DNA of 62,198 nucleotides, counting the filler, from Choristocarpus tenellus KU-1152 (lineage: Eukaryota; Protista; Phaeophyceae): NCBI GenBank assembly GCA_964200185.2. It is 7 parts of 7 records of this genome, joined end to end, with 100 filler letters (N's around TTAATTAATTAA, not from the genome) between each part and the next. Parts side by side here need not be neighbours in the genome. Positions count along the whole stretch, not along the records: positions 1 to 12,701 come from CAXNAD020001735.1; positions 12,802 to 20,399 come from CAXNAD020005902.1; 5 more parts are not named here. One strand, 5' to 3'. Made by a program: the position numbers and the translations under genes. Of the stretch, positions 1-13,896 are shown one piece after another. Within the stretch, counting starts at the first letter, position 1. Every line of letters starts with the position of its first letter. Under the pieces are notes generated by a model. It searched no databases. It had not been told where the DNA came from and saw only the letters and a list, made by a program, of their open reading frames with translations.

Positions 1-63
1 GATTTTGACCCAAATGGCCCCCCTGCTGTAGCCCCCCCCCCCCCCCCCCAGATACTTTGGTCC
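1..63. mobile_element. MITE subfamily A, right end (truncated at window start)
   Basis: poly-C followed by CCCCAGATACTTTGGTCC matches the right TIR of the complete copy at 29441-29620. Confidence 0.8.
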
Positions 64-497
64 ACACTATTTTGCTCATAAGCAGTGAAATAGGGCACAA
101 TTGTACAGGTTAAGAAGATTGCTTAGGATTCAAAAGGGCCCAAACTGCCTACCACCCGATTCGTTTGGCTCTGTATAATTAATTGCAGAGTCTCCTGGAA
201 AGAGGGGATTTAGATTTCGCATACACTACGATTGCACACAAAATGCAATGGAGTAGAGTGGATTGCACAGGCTAACAAAGATGGTTTAAAATGCCGAAAC
301 TTTCTTGCCTCTCAATTACTTGGCTCTCTTCATTTTAACATTAGAGAAGATACCACAAAAAAAATAATGGGATTCGGAAAAATTGTTCCACCTATCTATT
401 CTATGATGGAGAGATTCGTGAAATGGTCAAACCATCAACAAAAATAAGACCTTCCATTAGATACTAACACAACGAGGATTAATTGTCATGAATGAAT

Positions 498-762
498 GAG
501 TCAAACCAGCTTGAGAGGTAGACGGTTGATTTTCAAGGATCCTGAGAAAGGGAAAAAAATATGGTATTTTGTACAATTACAGAAAGAACCTTTCCTGTAA
601 CTAACTGTAGTGTCACTTTGATTGCGGAAAGGGGTGTTCTCAATTTTGCACACACTACTGTGGACAGAAAAGCAACAAAATAGAGTGTAATGGACAGGGT
701 AACAAAGATTGGTTGGAATGCAAAAGGGTCCAAACCTGTCAACCTCTCAATTGGTTTGGCTA
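498..762. mobile_element. MITE subfamily C copy
   Basis: Imperfect TIRs GAGTCAAACCAGCTTGAGAGG...CCTCTCAATTGGTTTGGCT; similar over its length to 955-1212 and to 43182-43436 (reverse). Confidence 0.8.
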
Positions 763-954
763 GATATTGAAAAAAAAATGCTGCAATGTTCAACAATCAC
801 CAATCATTATCTAAAGCTCAACAGTCTCTTTTTTTGCCTTCCTTCATCCTTCAAATTCAATGTGTAAGAATATTCCTGTATCTGAAGGTTCAATTCTCTT
901 CCTCACCTACACTAACGGAAGAGGGGGTAAGGATGTTTTTCACATAATAGTTCA

Positions 955-1212
955 GAGTCAAATCAATTGAGAGGTAGGCACGGTTGCTTTTCAAGGATCC
1001 CGAGAAAGGGCAAAAATAAGTCATTTGTAAAATTGTAGAAAGAACCTTTGGTATAGTTGTAGTGTCACTTTATGTGTGGAAAGGGGAAATATCAATTCAT
1101 CGTACACCATTGTGCACATATAGCAACGAAATAGAGTGTATTGCACAGGGTAAGAAAGAATACTTAGAATGCTTGGGGGTCAAACTGGTCTATTTCTCCA
1201 TTGGTTTGGCTC
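955..1212. mobile_element. MITE subfamily C copy
   Basis: GAGTCAAATCAATTGAGAGG...CATTGGTTTGGCTC; diverged paralogue of 498-762. Confidence 0.8.
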
Positions 1213-2400
1213 TCAAAAAGCCTTGAAACTCCAAACCACCAAAATCGACCCCCTATAGGTGACTTTGACTCCAAAGTTGATACCATCTAATGGGAGGTGG
1301 TCGCTTAGTTTTGATGGCCCCTATCACTGCCTTGCGGTATAATATGTTTTTCGAGCACTGTGGTGGGTACTTTCAGATAAAACTGTTTCTATCGCTAATC
1401 TTATTCCACTACAGTCTCCTCTGAAGAAAATATATCTGGAGACTATTACCAGTTTGACCCTTGCTGGCTTCTATAAAACATTTAACCCTATTTGTGGTCC
1501 TTCATCTCTATTTCGATATATCGTAGTATATATTAGAATACTTTTAAGGTCGATCGTTGATTAACGATATTATGCCCTGAAAACAACAGAAAACCATTGT
1601 TGCCTCGTCATGGTTCTGAAGTTTAGAGGTTTACAGCTTGTTCGTCACCCTAGGGCTTCTGGTGTTGTAATGGGTGTTTTCCCTTGGTGGAGTGGATCGC
1701 ATTGCACAACGTAGAATGTAAAATACGAATAGAGGTTCGAAAAGATGGGTGGGAAATCATTCCCAGAGGGTGAGGAGCACCAGACACCTTTGTCTGCATG
1801 CTGAGGGGTTGAGAAATCTAGATTGCGACTCTTCACCTCACATTTTTGCTCTTATTGGAGGCTAACTGCATTTCAGGCATGGGCATGGTTTAGTTACACA
1901 AGTGCAACTAAATTGACTCACCTATGGAATGGTTTTGCTCAAAACATTTGTCAAACTCATGTTATGCTTACACAACAAAAGTTCAACTACATATTGCTAC
2001 ACAAATGAACTGTGTATTTAATTGGAATATTTTGTAAAAAGCAGAGTTAAAAAAAACGTTCTTAACCATCACATCAAAGTATATCCAGTAGTGGGGGGGG
2101 GAAGCATGGATATGAATACTACCTTAGAAAACTATAGTCTCTGGCAAGGCCCCTTACCAACTAACAAGGAGTATTTTGCATTGTATACACATCATACTCA
2201 ATCTGTACGACAACTTTGGAGCTGATTCAACGATCGCTCACAAATTCTTTCGGTTCATGAACACCTAAAAAGTGACAAAAATAAACACACTTTCTTAGCG
2301 CAATCATTTTTGGAAAACTTGACAGCAAACAACTCCAGTATGTTGTTGTATCCTTCCTAGCGTTTTTTCGGAGTAGTCAGTCTTCTCTGAGTAGTCAGGT

Positions 2401-5400
2401 CTAGGTGCTCCAGACGTCATTGAAATCAAAACCCTGGCATTAACAAAACAGAAGAGGTGAAGGAATCCGTGTGGGATAGAGTGGAATTTAGTGCAATCAA
2501 AGAGACTTTTCATGTTTGCGTATCAGAGTCTTCATTTCATGACTCACGATGGTTTATGGAGGGCACGGAATGATCCATCACCACTGCAATTGCATTGAAA
2601 CCAAAAAACATGAACAATACATATGGTACAAGATTCCTTCTTACAATAATCCCTTTTCAGCACCAGTGTACAATTAGGCATCAACATGCATAATAATATT
2701 TACATACCACACACTTAGCACTTCCTGCCTCTTCCTTCTTCATGCCACACTCCCACTTTCTACAGGATATGCTATACCCTCAATTCAAACACCAACCCTC
2801 CACACACGAGCAAATAGGTGACTCAACTTCTTAAAGCCATATGATGTGTCTCACAAATGATGAGGAGGTGGATAAGTAGGCGAGAGTAAAAACACAAATC
2901 AGTGAAACTCACCTCATCCAGGCAATGAGGCCATTCAAAATTGTCATACACATATGTCAAGGCATCAAGCCGAGGATCAAAGGCCAGGATGAGGTCACGG
3001 TTAATCAAGGTGTTTGGACCGTACTTCCCCCAAAGAGATAGTTTTGGAGTGAAGAGCTCCTTCATCTGTCACAGTGTAAGAAAATGGGAGTGAGAATTTT
3101 TGAGGGTGTGTGTGTGTGTACGTGTGTGTGTAATTCAACATGTGCAACTGGGATCACTTCAGGTGTTGCATTGAGAGTTCCCCTTTCGGAACTTGCCCCA
3201 AAGCCCTTGAAAATTAGGACAACGCACAAAATAGTAGCACCTTTTACTGGAACTTGTAAATGTGAAGGTAAATGAGCCACTGAGTGTCCCCATATGATAA
3301 ATTTTTCTCACATAGTCAATCCAGGATCGCTACAGATGAGAACAAGAATGTTTCGCAGGCTGGCCCAATACAGTTAACTTCAACATGATTGTACAGGACT
3401 GTGTAAGATTGTAAACAGACTGTAAAGGATGCAGGCCAGCCCACAGGCCCATTCATATATAACGGTTCATACATTGTGGTACGGAGTCAACTAGTCAGCT
3501 CCATGGTAATCTCAAAATAAGGATGAGAATGTGCATGGCTGAAGGAATGCACATTTATTCCCACAAGTATGTGGGACGTTTTAAGGGTCGGACTGACACA
3601 AATTCACTGGCCCAACCTGACCCATCTTAACTTGTCCAGTCCACCAATGACGTACTTTTATGCAAAGTCATTAAAGATTTGATATGTATCACCCCACAGG
3701 CAGACTGTGGTGAAATGTTTCAACAGGACTGGTTCAGGACCAAGAGAGAGTTTTTACTACTCATGGGTCAACTCCAGTGAATTATATACTACTGGAACGG
3801 GTCTGAGATCGTCACAAAATTTAGCTGGACAGGGCCATGGGCCAACTCTAATGGAAAATGTTCCAATATGGCAGACCCAAAGCCATCCGAGAGTTTCCCC
3901 AGATCAGGTCACTGGCCAACTCCAGAACTGTCAAATATTGTTACTGAACTGGGTTGTGGGCTGACACACAGCCCCAGTCCGGTTGACTACCAGTCCAATG
4001 AAAGCCTGGCACATTAGTGTGATGAACGTTGACGTTGATACCATAAACCTTGCATAGCTTGCGTTAAAATTACACTTGCTGTGGGTTCCAACTTCCGAAG
4101 ACGACCCCAAGATAACCCTGTATTCATTTCATCATTTTTCTCAAAGTATCAAACTCCAGACAATCGCTCTAGGGAGGCAATGTGGGGCGGGGTAGGGGGT
4201 GAGCACTCACCAGTCCAAATGGGAATTTGTCGTTACCACCATGACCAAAACAGGAGTCAGAATCCACACTGGTGGTGTAGTAGGTCTTATCCCCCTCTAG
4301 GTCAAAGTACCTTGATTGTTTTGGGTGCATATGAGCAATGAGATAAGATCTGCGAATGTTCAAAATGAGGGGAAATCATGTACCACAAACATGCTATAAG
4401 GTACACACTGGTACCTGCCAAGACTATTGTCACTCCCCTTTCACCTTTCACCATTGTACTCACCATCCCGATTTGTTGGGCCAAGTCATATCCTCCATTG
4501 TGCCAGTTAACCGCTTGTACATGAACAAGCGCTCCATTGTAGGGTGCATTGGCCAAAAGATGGGGTCAAGCTGTGCACAAACAATGCATATGAAGTGATG
4601 CAGGCATGGGAGGGAAAAGAGCAAAAATATACCAGGCGCATAAGTGAAGGCCGTGACACACCTTCAAGTCTGGTGCTTGGCCAAAGAACGTTTTCAACGA
4701 TGTTACGTATTACTTATGAACAGCAGGTGACCATTACTACACTGCTCCTCTCTGATGATACAGTTTCACCACCCAAACAAGACATGCGGTTCTTATATCT
4801 CACTTGTAGGGGTACAGATGAGCAGGAGGCAAAAGCATTTTAACTTGAAAGGAAGTTTCAGGGTCATCATAGTAATGGTGCCAGCACCCGCTGTCATAAG
4901 CTTACCAAATCTGGTAGTCAAAAGATTGCCACATTTCTTTCTGTAAAACCACAGTGAATTAGGAACGAAACTAGAAAGCAGTGCACTGGAAACAACGTGG
5001 GTATCCGGGGAGATATTTCAAAGAAGCAAACACCTAAGCTCAACAAAGGGGGTGCCACAACAAGAACTGGAATTATTTATGCAATGTCTATTGTTACACC
5101 ACAAATATCATACTTTCCACAACCCAAGTCCCGTTAAAAAAAAAGCAGTAACAGCTAGAAGAGTGCGTGGGCCGACTAGAAGAGTATTTCCTGCTCACCG
5201 TAGCGCTGGACTGCAAGGCTTCCCCCAAGGCAATGGGGGTTTCACACATGACCTTGGACACATACTTTATCTCGTCATCAGTATAGTTTTCTTCCAGAAA
5301 ATCAGGAATAAGAAGTGTAATGTAGTCCCAGGCTATATTGGCATCATTAATCTACCAAGTTCACAAAGCAAGAAAAAAACAGCAAAGTCAGCAGGGTAAC

Positions 5401-8400
5401 AGGGTCAGGAAGCAACCAAGAATAGTGTCAAAAGACTGACGATTCTTTTGTTTATGAGATGAAAAGGTATCGTACAATCCCCAGCCTCCCGCAGAGATTG
5501 AGGACAGTGATGATATTGCAGGGCAGACGAATCCCGTTAGTTCATATGAATCACCTGGATTGATACACGTTTAGCTCATTACCCTCCGGTTCCCCTTGAA
5601 CTTGTTTGAATACATCTCCATAAGAACCTTAGACCAAGTGTAAGAAACCGCACCTCCTGTTCTGTACAGTAACACATTAACTTGTTTGAGGCAAATGCAC
5701 GAACACAACCCAATTCATCATGGTCTGATCGTATCTCCTGAAGTACATGTATATTTCTTATAGCAGGGGAAGAATGCAAACCTTAGCAAGCATTTAGCCA
5801 ACCTCTAAGTTCAAACAAACTCATATATCTTCCAGACGCATCGCTTTGGTTTGCTAAAAGACTTGCAATTCAACTCAAGATAGTCTTGTCCACTTACTGT
5901 ACTTACCTTAAAAAAACAACTTTTTCTTACCCTTTTTACGGTGCCAATATGTAGAGTGGCGGTGGCGGTATGCTTCAATGTTTGCTCACCCACTCAACTT
6001 GTTCACAACGTGTACTCTCCTCTCATACCTTTATATGATATTCACTCTAGTATACTGGGTAATGAAGTCAACACTCTCTCGGAATGGTTCAATTCATGAA
6101 TAAATTGCCGCATCACCTATGAGTGCCTTGATGTGACAATACCAAGACTGGGCCCTGAAGGACTAGAAAGGGACACAATTGAAGATGACTGCGTGAAGAG
6201 ATAGACCATATATAATCGGATTTTTCGTTTGGGATCCTACCTGCATCCTGAGAGAACTAACGTGATACAAGAGAAGCACGAAGGACTGTAAGGTTCAAGT
6301 CAGGATTGGCACATATATCTACAGCAGCCAGTTACACCACCCTTAGGCTTGGAAAATGCCTTGCTAGCACCATCCCAATCCTAAAAGAACCTTGGCAAGC
6401 TTGGCATCCAAGCCCTTATCAAAACTGTACACTTCACAAATAGGGTGGGCGCAAAGTCATCCTAAATGTTTGGCACAGGACGTTCTTGACATCATTGACC
6501 CCAGCCTTGGATGGAGATGTCACAACAGCCCATGATCCCTGTTGCCACCCTTGGATACCTCAGGGGTAGAGTACATCAACATCAGGACCTTGCCATAGCC
6601 ACCATTGCTTCTACAGTTCGTGACTACTGCTACAGTGAACGGAAGAGGCCTTACCAAGTCTCTTAGCTTTAAGATCACAACATAGAACTGACCAATACGA
6701 GGTCCTTTTCAATATTCACCTGTCCAATCTCACTGCATCTCCTCACAATATACTCTCCGACCTCTTTCAATCGAGTTGCCAATTCGTCGTATGAAAAATT
6801 CCCCTTCCCATCCATATTGTCATTGTCTGTGTTTTTCAACCTTTCAAAGCCAACAAAAGAAGAAGAAAAGACAATAGATACTACAATCCCCAAATTTGGC
6901 ACATATTAATAGCACAAGGGTTGATATCCTACATATGTTCGTGGTCAATCTTGTTTCCAGCATATACAGTGAAACAAAAATTACCATCAAATTCACAAGC
7001 ACCTACTTTACCACAGGTTAGTATCTAAATTTTGAACTTGTCACTTGTCTTGGAGTGAAAGTATCTTAGTGGGTACGAGTTTTGCACTGTTTGTCCGTTT
7101 AGGGCTTGACTTCCCACAGGTTTTTTGATGGCATCTTACCTACTCAGAAATGTTTCGGAATAGATCAAATATATGTACGTTATGAAAAGGTGTGTCTGGA
7201 ACAAGGATATTGACTCTTCCTAACAAACACAATAACCAAACCAAAAAATTACATCAAAATCGGATCATTGGATTTTGGCCCTCAAACGGACATGACTTTA
7301 CCCTCTAAGCTGCTTTGACTCATTGGTCAGAGGTTTGGGTCTGAGGTCATCACAGCAGTGTGGGACAGGTTTCCAGTCTCATATCCACCGATGACAGAAA
7401 TACTGGTCCAAGATCAGATAGGAGATGTTGTGGTTATAGATGCAAACGTAAGTTGGTAATTTGGTTTTGCGGGCCGGGTCCTGCATCCCACCGGTTTGAT
7501 TCCATTTCACACCTGATACTACTTCCATACGAGATCATTCATTTCACAGGTTTTGGCCTACCGGGTACAGCGCAGGTTCCAGGTCATATCCAAAGCTGTA
7601 ATTGAGTCTACCGACAGAGGCGGGTATACCCTAACCTGTCGATCCAGGCCAAGAAATGCTACAAAAAATCATCAGCAAACCTTCCCCTTCCAAGTATATA
7701 CTCACATTATCAAAGTCCAAATCGAGGCAACCACAGTATCCGTTCTCCATAATTTCATCCCCTGACATAGAAATATTTGCCTGGAGTGATCCAATGTATT
7801 GAAGCATGGAAGGGTCAAGCAAGTTGAATAGAAACGGATGCCAAGAGATACAAGATATTGGAATACATAAGAAAAAGAAACACACCCAAGCATTAATTGT
7901 CGCACAACTCTTGCTCTAAATGCATACTGTTCATTGCCTTTTGCTAATCCCTTCGCTTTTGCCCACTGCACTCTCACCATACCAGTGCAGCTCCAGATCC
8001 CACCCCGGAACATGTTCTTGCGGATCCCAATGGCAGCTACACGAAGCTCCTCGTGGTAGTCTTCACCAACAACGCTCTGTGACAAAAAAGAACGTAAACT
8101 TATGATATGAGTTGTTCAATCTTTCAACTAAGTATCACCCTTCACAGAAAAAGCTGCACTGTCAAGTTATCTACACCAGGAGTGTGCATGTTATCCTCTG
8201 GAAATGTGACTACTGTCATGATATGTGGACCATGTGATTGGTGAATTGGTAGGTGTGAGCACATCAACCTATGTAATGACTGAAAGTGGAAGAGAGTCAA
8301 TTACAACGAACGAACTCAATCCAACCCAGCACAGAAATCCTCTCTTCGGGAATACACCTCCTGAACTGAACCAATTCCTCAGTCCTCCTCCAGTCTATAC

Positions 8401-10661
8401 ACACAAAAGTGCCCACCTCGATTTTGTCAATACCAGAAGCACAGTCGTATGAACCACCAATCCACACATGAACTGTTCCATGTGAGCCAAACTGCCCCGT
8501 ATATGACCAGTCAGAGAAGGTAGATGTGCCAGTTTCAAGGCTTGGTGACCAAAAGAAGCGGCAGGCCAGTGGGTGAGATATGCAAGGCTGTACTAACTTG
8601 ACTATGGTTCAAACACCACAGTTGAGCAAAGGGGACCAGTGCGTTTCAGTCGTCACTTACAATCTTGAACAGGGACAATCTTGAAATAGTGTGAGAACAG
8701 GAGCTCTTGTGATTCATCTACGTGAAATCAAAGCCCACAGGTCAAAAACAAACAACGCAAAATGCCTTCTTCAGCACTTACAGAAGAGACCTCTTTTAGG
8801 ACCAACCCTGGACAGGTCTACAGCACATAGAACCAAAGACATTGCACCCCACTGCGTATATTGACATGTCATTTCTGTCTCATCAAACCTAGTACAATAA
8901 CATGGTAGGGACAATGCCAATCATCAGTTAACACTAAAATATATAACATTTGCGACCGCCATACTTAGCATACAACACACAATAAAATAGCTACCTCCTA
9001 CCTATGACTCCAATATATTGTATGATTTCTTTAGGTAAATGACATCAATCACGAAAGAATACACACACAATATCTCACACACCACACACTCACAAATATT
9101 TTCCAAATCTAGCATCTGAGTATCTCATTAATCTTCATCACCCCTAAATCCAAGAGGTACCAACACCCCCCTCTGCCACCAGAATTTGCAACCTCAGCAG
9201 GCATCACCTATAGTGGGATAAGCAATTCGGTTTCTCAAAGGTATCCCAAGCCATCGACTCGCCACAGCTCTTGCCAAAGCCACGGCCCATGAAGGGTCTA
9301 TCATTAACATTCCAGGGGGACCTGTCATGAGGATGAGGAACACCACAGGGAAGGGGAAGGAAAAGGAGGAGTGGGGAGAGTGACACTGGATCACAAGAGC
9401 GACACTAAGGACATGTGTTTTTAGCATTGAAGGAGAACTTGCAAAACAAGACTATCCTCAAATATGAAGAGAACACTCACCAGGTAAGGCCTTTTGAAAT
9501 CGCTTGATACTTTCTTTTGCACAAGTCTTCTTGGTGTAAGTAAGACCATTACTTTATGTGTTCAATACATACGTTGATCATGAACAAATGCTGGTTTCTG
9601 GCTGTACACGTCCATGGACCCAGTTGTGATGAGATACACGTAAAAATTTAATACACAGTGTTGCCTTTGCCTACACACTTGACTCAAAGAGTCCACCAAC
9701 AAGGGCTGAGGTACTAGTGTGAGGGGGCATAGTAAATATTTCCCCTGTCAAGATCAAATATGTCACAGCACAATGAAAAGGTACTTTGGAGAGTACAGTG
9801 TAAAAATAGTCACACATATACCTGTTGTGTATGTCCCTGGTGCAGCTTGTGAGGTAGCATTCCAGGTATTTTGTAGAAATATACATCTACTTCTATGAGC
9901 CCTTCATCGCTTGATAATCACCCAAAAGCAATTCTTTCAGAGTCAGTTACGTCTTATCCTCCGCAAAGAACGACCTTTTCCTCTAAAGATCCAATTGGGG
10001 CACCCCTCTTCATTTACCTGGTGTTAGCTATGCCCGATACTTGTGCATAAATTAGCAGTGAGCTGTTAATGTACATATTCATAAACTCCCCCGGAGTACA
10101 TACCAACACTTCCAAGTGTATATTAACGTTAAAAGTGAGTTGAAGTCATTTCTATGGTGCTAGTTGAGATGAGCCACAACAACAAACTCAATTGCTAGTA
10201 TAATAACTCAATGAATTTATCTCCAGTTAACGTTTGTTCCACACCTGTGTGCAGAGAGCATGCATATATATACATATATATGTGTGTACATATATACGAA
10301 GGAAAGGACTAACACAACAGTTCAATTCTACACTACTCCTGGCATTTGTTTTTTACATCTCTTGACTTCTAGCAAGGTAGGAAGGCTACACCCTTCCACA
10401 CTGTGTACATTGGGCTTTTCTTGACTCAAAATAGTGTAACAACAACACAAGTACAAGTGGAGCTGAGCATGAGTCAGACATAAATACACACACACATATA
10501 TATATATTCACATAGCTTTTTAACAGTTGTCTCTCACAGATAGGATTGATTATGAGAATGGGGAAAAGGGACTCAGCTACTGTACCAACCTGAGCTGCCC
10601 ATAGACATCTGTGACTAGAGACTTGCTCTCAAAGTAGGACAGGGTGGGGATTTCAGTGAAC
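2401..10661 (-). CDS. Tyrosinase-like (type-3 di-copper centre) protein, 3' part; CuA exons not identified
   Basis: Ten phase-compatible GT-AG exons: 10590-10661, 9208-9321, 8417-8540, 7978-8076, 7706-7780, 5199-5351, 4464-4570, 4211-4310, 2913-3065, 2401-2433. Translation includes YGQLRSPWNVN, HGTVHVWIGG (CuB His pair), SSATLDPIFWPMHPTMERL (third CuB His region), CFGHGGNDKFPF and YVYDNFEWPHCLDEGFDFNDVWST*. Confidence 0.88.
7053..7321. mobile_element. MITE subfamily B copy (intronic)
   Basis: GAGTGAAAGTATCTTAG...CTAAGCTGCTTTGACTC; flanks CTTG/ATTG (near-perfect 4-bp TSD); homologous to 30924-31169. Confidence 0.8.
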
Positions 10662-12344
10662 CTATCCAGGTTGGCATAAGCCAAAGATTGCGGCACGAAA
10701 GCAAGGGGGAAAAGGGACAAGGTAAGGTAAGAATAGACCTTGCAAACGCACGTACTGGTCGTGACAGCATCCTCTCCTGCATTGCAGCAAGAATGTCCAA
10801 TCTTTACTCACATCTGGTTTATCCAAAATTGCCATATACTCAAAACAATAACCAGACTTGAACATTTCTATTTCGTTCCTTTTGTCTATCAAAGATTAGA
10901 GAGCAACAGCAAGTAATACTCGCAGTAAGTACTGGTCAACCTTACACAACAGCTGGCACTCATAAGAACAGGGGGTGCTGAATACCAAACGCATTAAATA
11001 AAAATCCTGTTACTATAATACTGCACTGTCCTGAAACCAGCAAGCTCGCCCAAATAGGAGGTAGAACTCACCCCCATCTTCCGTCCTCAACTATGCCAGT
11101 ATCCGGGTTGAGGCTTCCAAACAAATCCGCAGTAAAAAGATTGGAAACCTGTCGCGATTATGTGTGAGGTATGGGTGCAACTTGTGCCCTTGAGGGATCA
11201 CAGGTGCCGCATTTTCAACATACCATACCCAGGAAAAGAGTGGACAGGACTGCTGCAAAGATACAAGGAACTTCAGGCGGGAATATCTTCTATACTCTAC
11301 TAATTATATATGCAACCACAGAATTAAGTATGTATCTCAGAACATGAAAAAAAACAAACTATAATTGATGTCTCTGAACAAGTAAAGGACTACAAACCTG
11401 CATAGACATGAACTACTTGACTTCCTATCGTATGGTTATGCGACATGGACACTCCACCAGCTTCACTATATCAAGCTTCACTCCCATCACCACTTTCCTC
11501 CTACACTGCGTCAGACTTTGCAAACAGGAACAAACTGGTCGCATAGTGTCCTATAAAGATATCCTTGTGAAGGTTGGCTGTGAAAGGATCTCTAAAGCTG
11601 TGAGATAACTGAGAATCCTGTCCACAGGGTCAGTTGCATGCATTGGAAGTGGGTGACTCCCAAAGGTGATGTTCAGCAAGCTTACAGATGAAAAAAAATG
11701 GAAGCAAGGTGAACAGGAGAAGAACCGATAGATGTGCCTCCAAGACAACACCCCTTGTGGACTTTGGGATCATGGTTGAGGAATGGAGCACAAGGGCAAC
11801 AAACCAACACATGGTCCAAGTGTATGGTTGATGGCACAATGAGCTTCATGCATGAGTGGCATCCCAAGGAAGCCATTGCAGTTGATGTACGGCATGCTAA
11901 AGCAGGTCAGGACTCTTGTGGATTCACCACTGCCTGCTGAAAACTGTTTTCTCAATGTATGTATCTTTTTGAGACGATTAACCTTGTGTCCCTCCTTTAT
12001 TGGGTGTGTGACACGTGATGATCGGTGTTTTGGGATCGTGTCGACCCAGTGTGAGACTGGAGTTTGTTTTCGCTTTCCTCCTTTCATCATAGGACCTACC
12101 TGGTGATGTGCAATAACGCTAGTGACGTCCTATCTCAAGCATTGGATGTTAGTGCATTACACTTAGGTTTTCTTTTTTCCCTTTTATTTTTTTTCTCTGT
12201 TTACTGTCTTTCTACACATGTTCCTTCCATAATATTGGCATTCTCATCTTATATGTACTTGTTTACTTTCTCCTGACTACCTTTTGGCCACAGATCTGGG
12301 ACCCCCAGGCTAGCGTTAAAAATTATAACAATAATATCATTAAT

Positions 12345-12590
12345 CATCATAAACATAATCACAATTACCGCAGTAGTATCGATAATAGTAGTGATGATAA
12401 TATTATTAATCATAAACATAATCACAATTACCGTAGTAGTATCGATAATAGTAGTGATGATAATATTATTAATCATAAACATAATCACAATTACCGCAGT
12501 AGTATCGATAATAGTATCGATGATAATATTATTAATCATAAACATAATCACAATTACCGTAGTAGTATCGATAATAGTAGTGATGATAAT
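12345..12590. repeat. 63-bp minisatellite, about 4 copies
   Basis: Unit AATCATAAACATAATCACAATTACCG(C/T)AGTAGTATCGATAATAGTAGTGATGATAATATTATT repeated almost perfectly. Confidence 0.95.
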
Positions 12591-12677
12591 GAACTGATTC
12601 ACATATAAAATTATAAAAAACACGTGAGCACACCACATGCTTTCCATCACCTACCTGCACATATCCTCTCAACCCTG

Positions 12678-12701
12678 GGATCAAAGTATCTGGGGGGGGG
12701 G
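12678..12701. mobile_element. MITE subfamily A left end at contig break
   Basis: GGATCAAAGTATCTGGGGGG runs into the N spacer. Confidence 0.75.
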
Positions 12702-12801
12702 NNNNNNNNNNNNNNNNNNNNNNNNNNNNNNNNNNNNNNNNNNNNTTAATTAATTAANNNNNNNNNNNNNNNNNNNNNNNNNNNNNNNNNNNNNNNNNNN
12801 N
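12702..12801. other. Artificial contig-joining spacer
   Basis: N44-TTAATTAATTAA-N44 (stops in all six frames). Confidence 0.98.
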
Positions 12802-12822
12802 GGTATATCCCACAATAGTAAG

Positions 12823-13001
12823 GAGCCAAAGGATCTGGGGGGGGGGGAGGGGTCTATACCAGGGTGTCCATTTGGGCCATGACCAGGAATAGTGCACTTA
12901 CATTATCCATCCAAGATATGCAACCAAATCACACAAAAATGGCGACATGAAAAAATTGACCCCAAAAAGATAGCAGGTACCCCCCACAGAAACTTTGAGC
13001 G
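12823..13001. mobile_element. MITE subfamily A, complete copy
   Basis: GAGCCAAAGGATCTGGGG...CCCCCACAGAAACTTTGAGCG flanked by TAAG/TAAG; colinear with 29441-29620. Confidence 0.85.
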
Positions 13002-13896
13002 TAAGATGCGGTGTGACATTGTGGAAAGGATGCGTAGTAGCTTCTGGAATAAAGGTACAGGTACAGGGTACACCATACACCCACCACCAGTCGATGCAGA
13101 AAATGTGTTCTATGATGATGATTGTACAAGGAAGTTGGTCCATGATAAGTTTTGCAGGCCAGTCAATTGACACCAGAGTTAATTTAATAGAAATCTGGTA
13201 TGGATTATCCAATCCCACGTGGCAAATGCGATGGTACTTACACTTGTGCTGTCCTGTCTGTCACTACTATATATACCATACAAACGTCAGACCGAGATAT
13301 TGCGGTATTGTAGAGGTGGGTCCAGCACAAGCAAGGTTCAAGGGAGGAGGTAGAGCATTTAGCAATAGGAGTACCGAACCCAATGTGCGAGAAGCAAGGT
13401 ACAAATGGAGGTATTACTACCAGTCGCAGTGGAAGAGGTACTTTTTTTGTGGTAAGTTGTTAGTATGAGAAGTAGTGCTGCAGAGTGTGGTACATCTGAG
13501 CACAGTTCAGGATAGTCTCGAGGCTGTACTAGAGAGACAAATATATGTACTCTGGGAGGATACAATGATGAAAATTCAAACGACGCAGTTGTGCGATTTG
13601 AACACAAATCTCACCCACCACGATATCCTTCCTGTTGATGATTACCCACAATGATTTCACACACTCCGCAATATTTTGAACAGTCTAAACCTCTCCGCCT
13701 GAAATTCCTCAACCCTGCACCTCCCAACTCCCCTGCCCCCCCTCTCCTCCTAACGACCTCTCCCCCTTGTCAAAAACGACCTACCTCCTTCTTCTCTTTC
13801 CCCTCAACGACGACCATTGAGCTTGGCCAACCAAAACACACTCGCCCTTCCTGTCCCCTTGGCCTTCATCCCAATCTCTTTTTGCCCTTATCGTAC

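Noticed and set aside
12249-12650. Hydrophobic Ile/Thr repeat ORFs, or a CRISPR array
   Set aside because: By-product of the 63-bp minisatellite; no unique spacers and no cas genes
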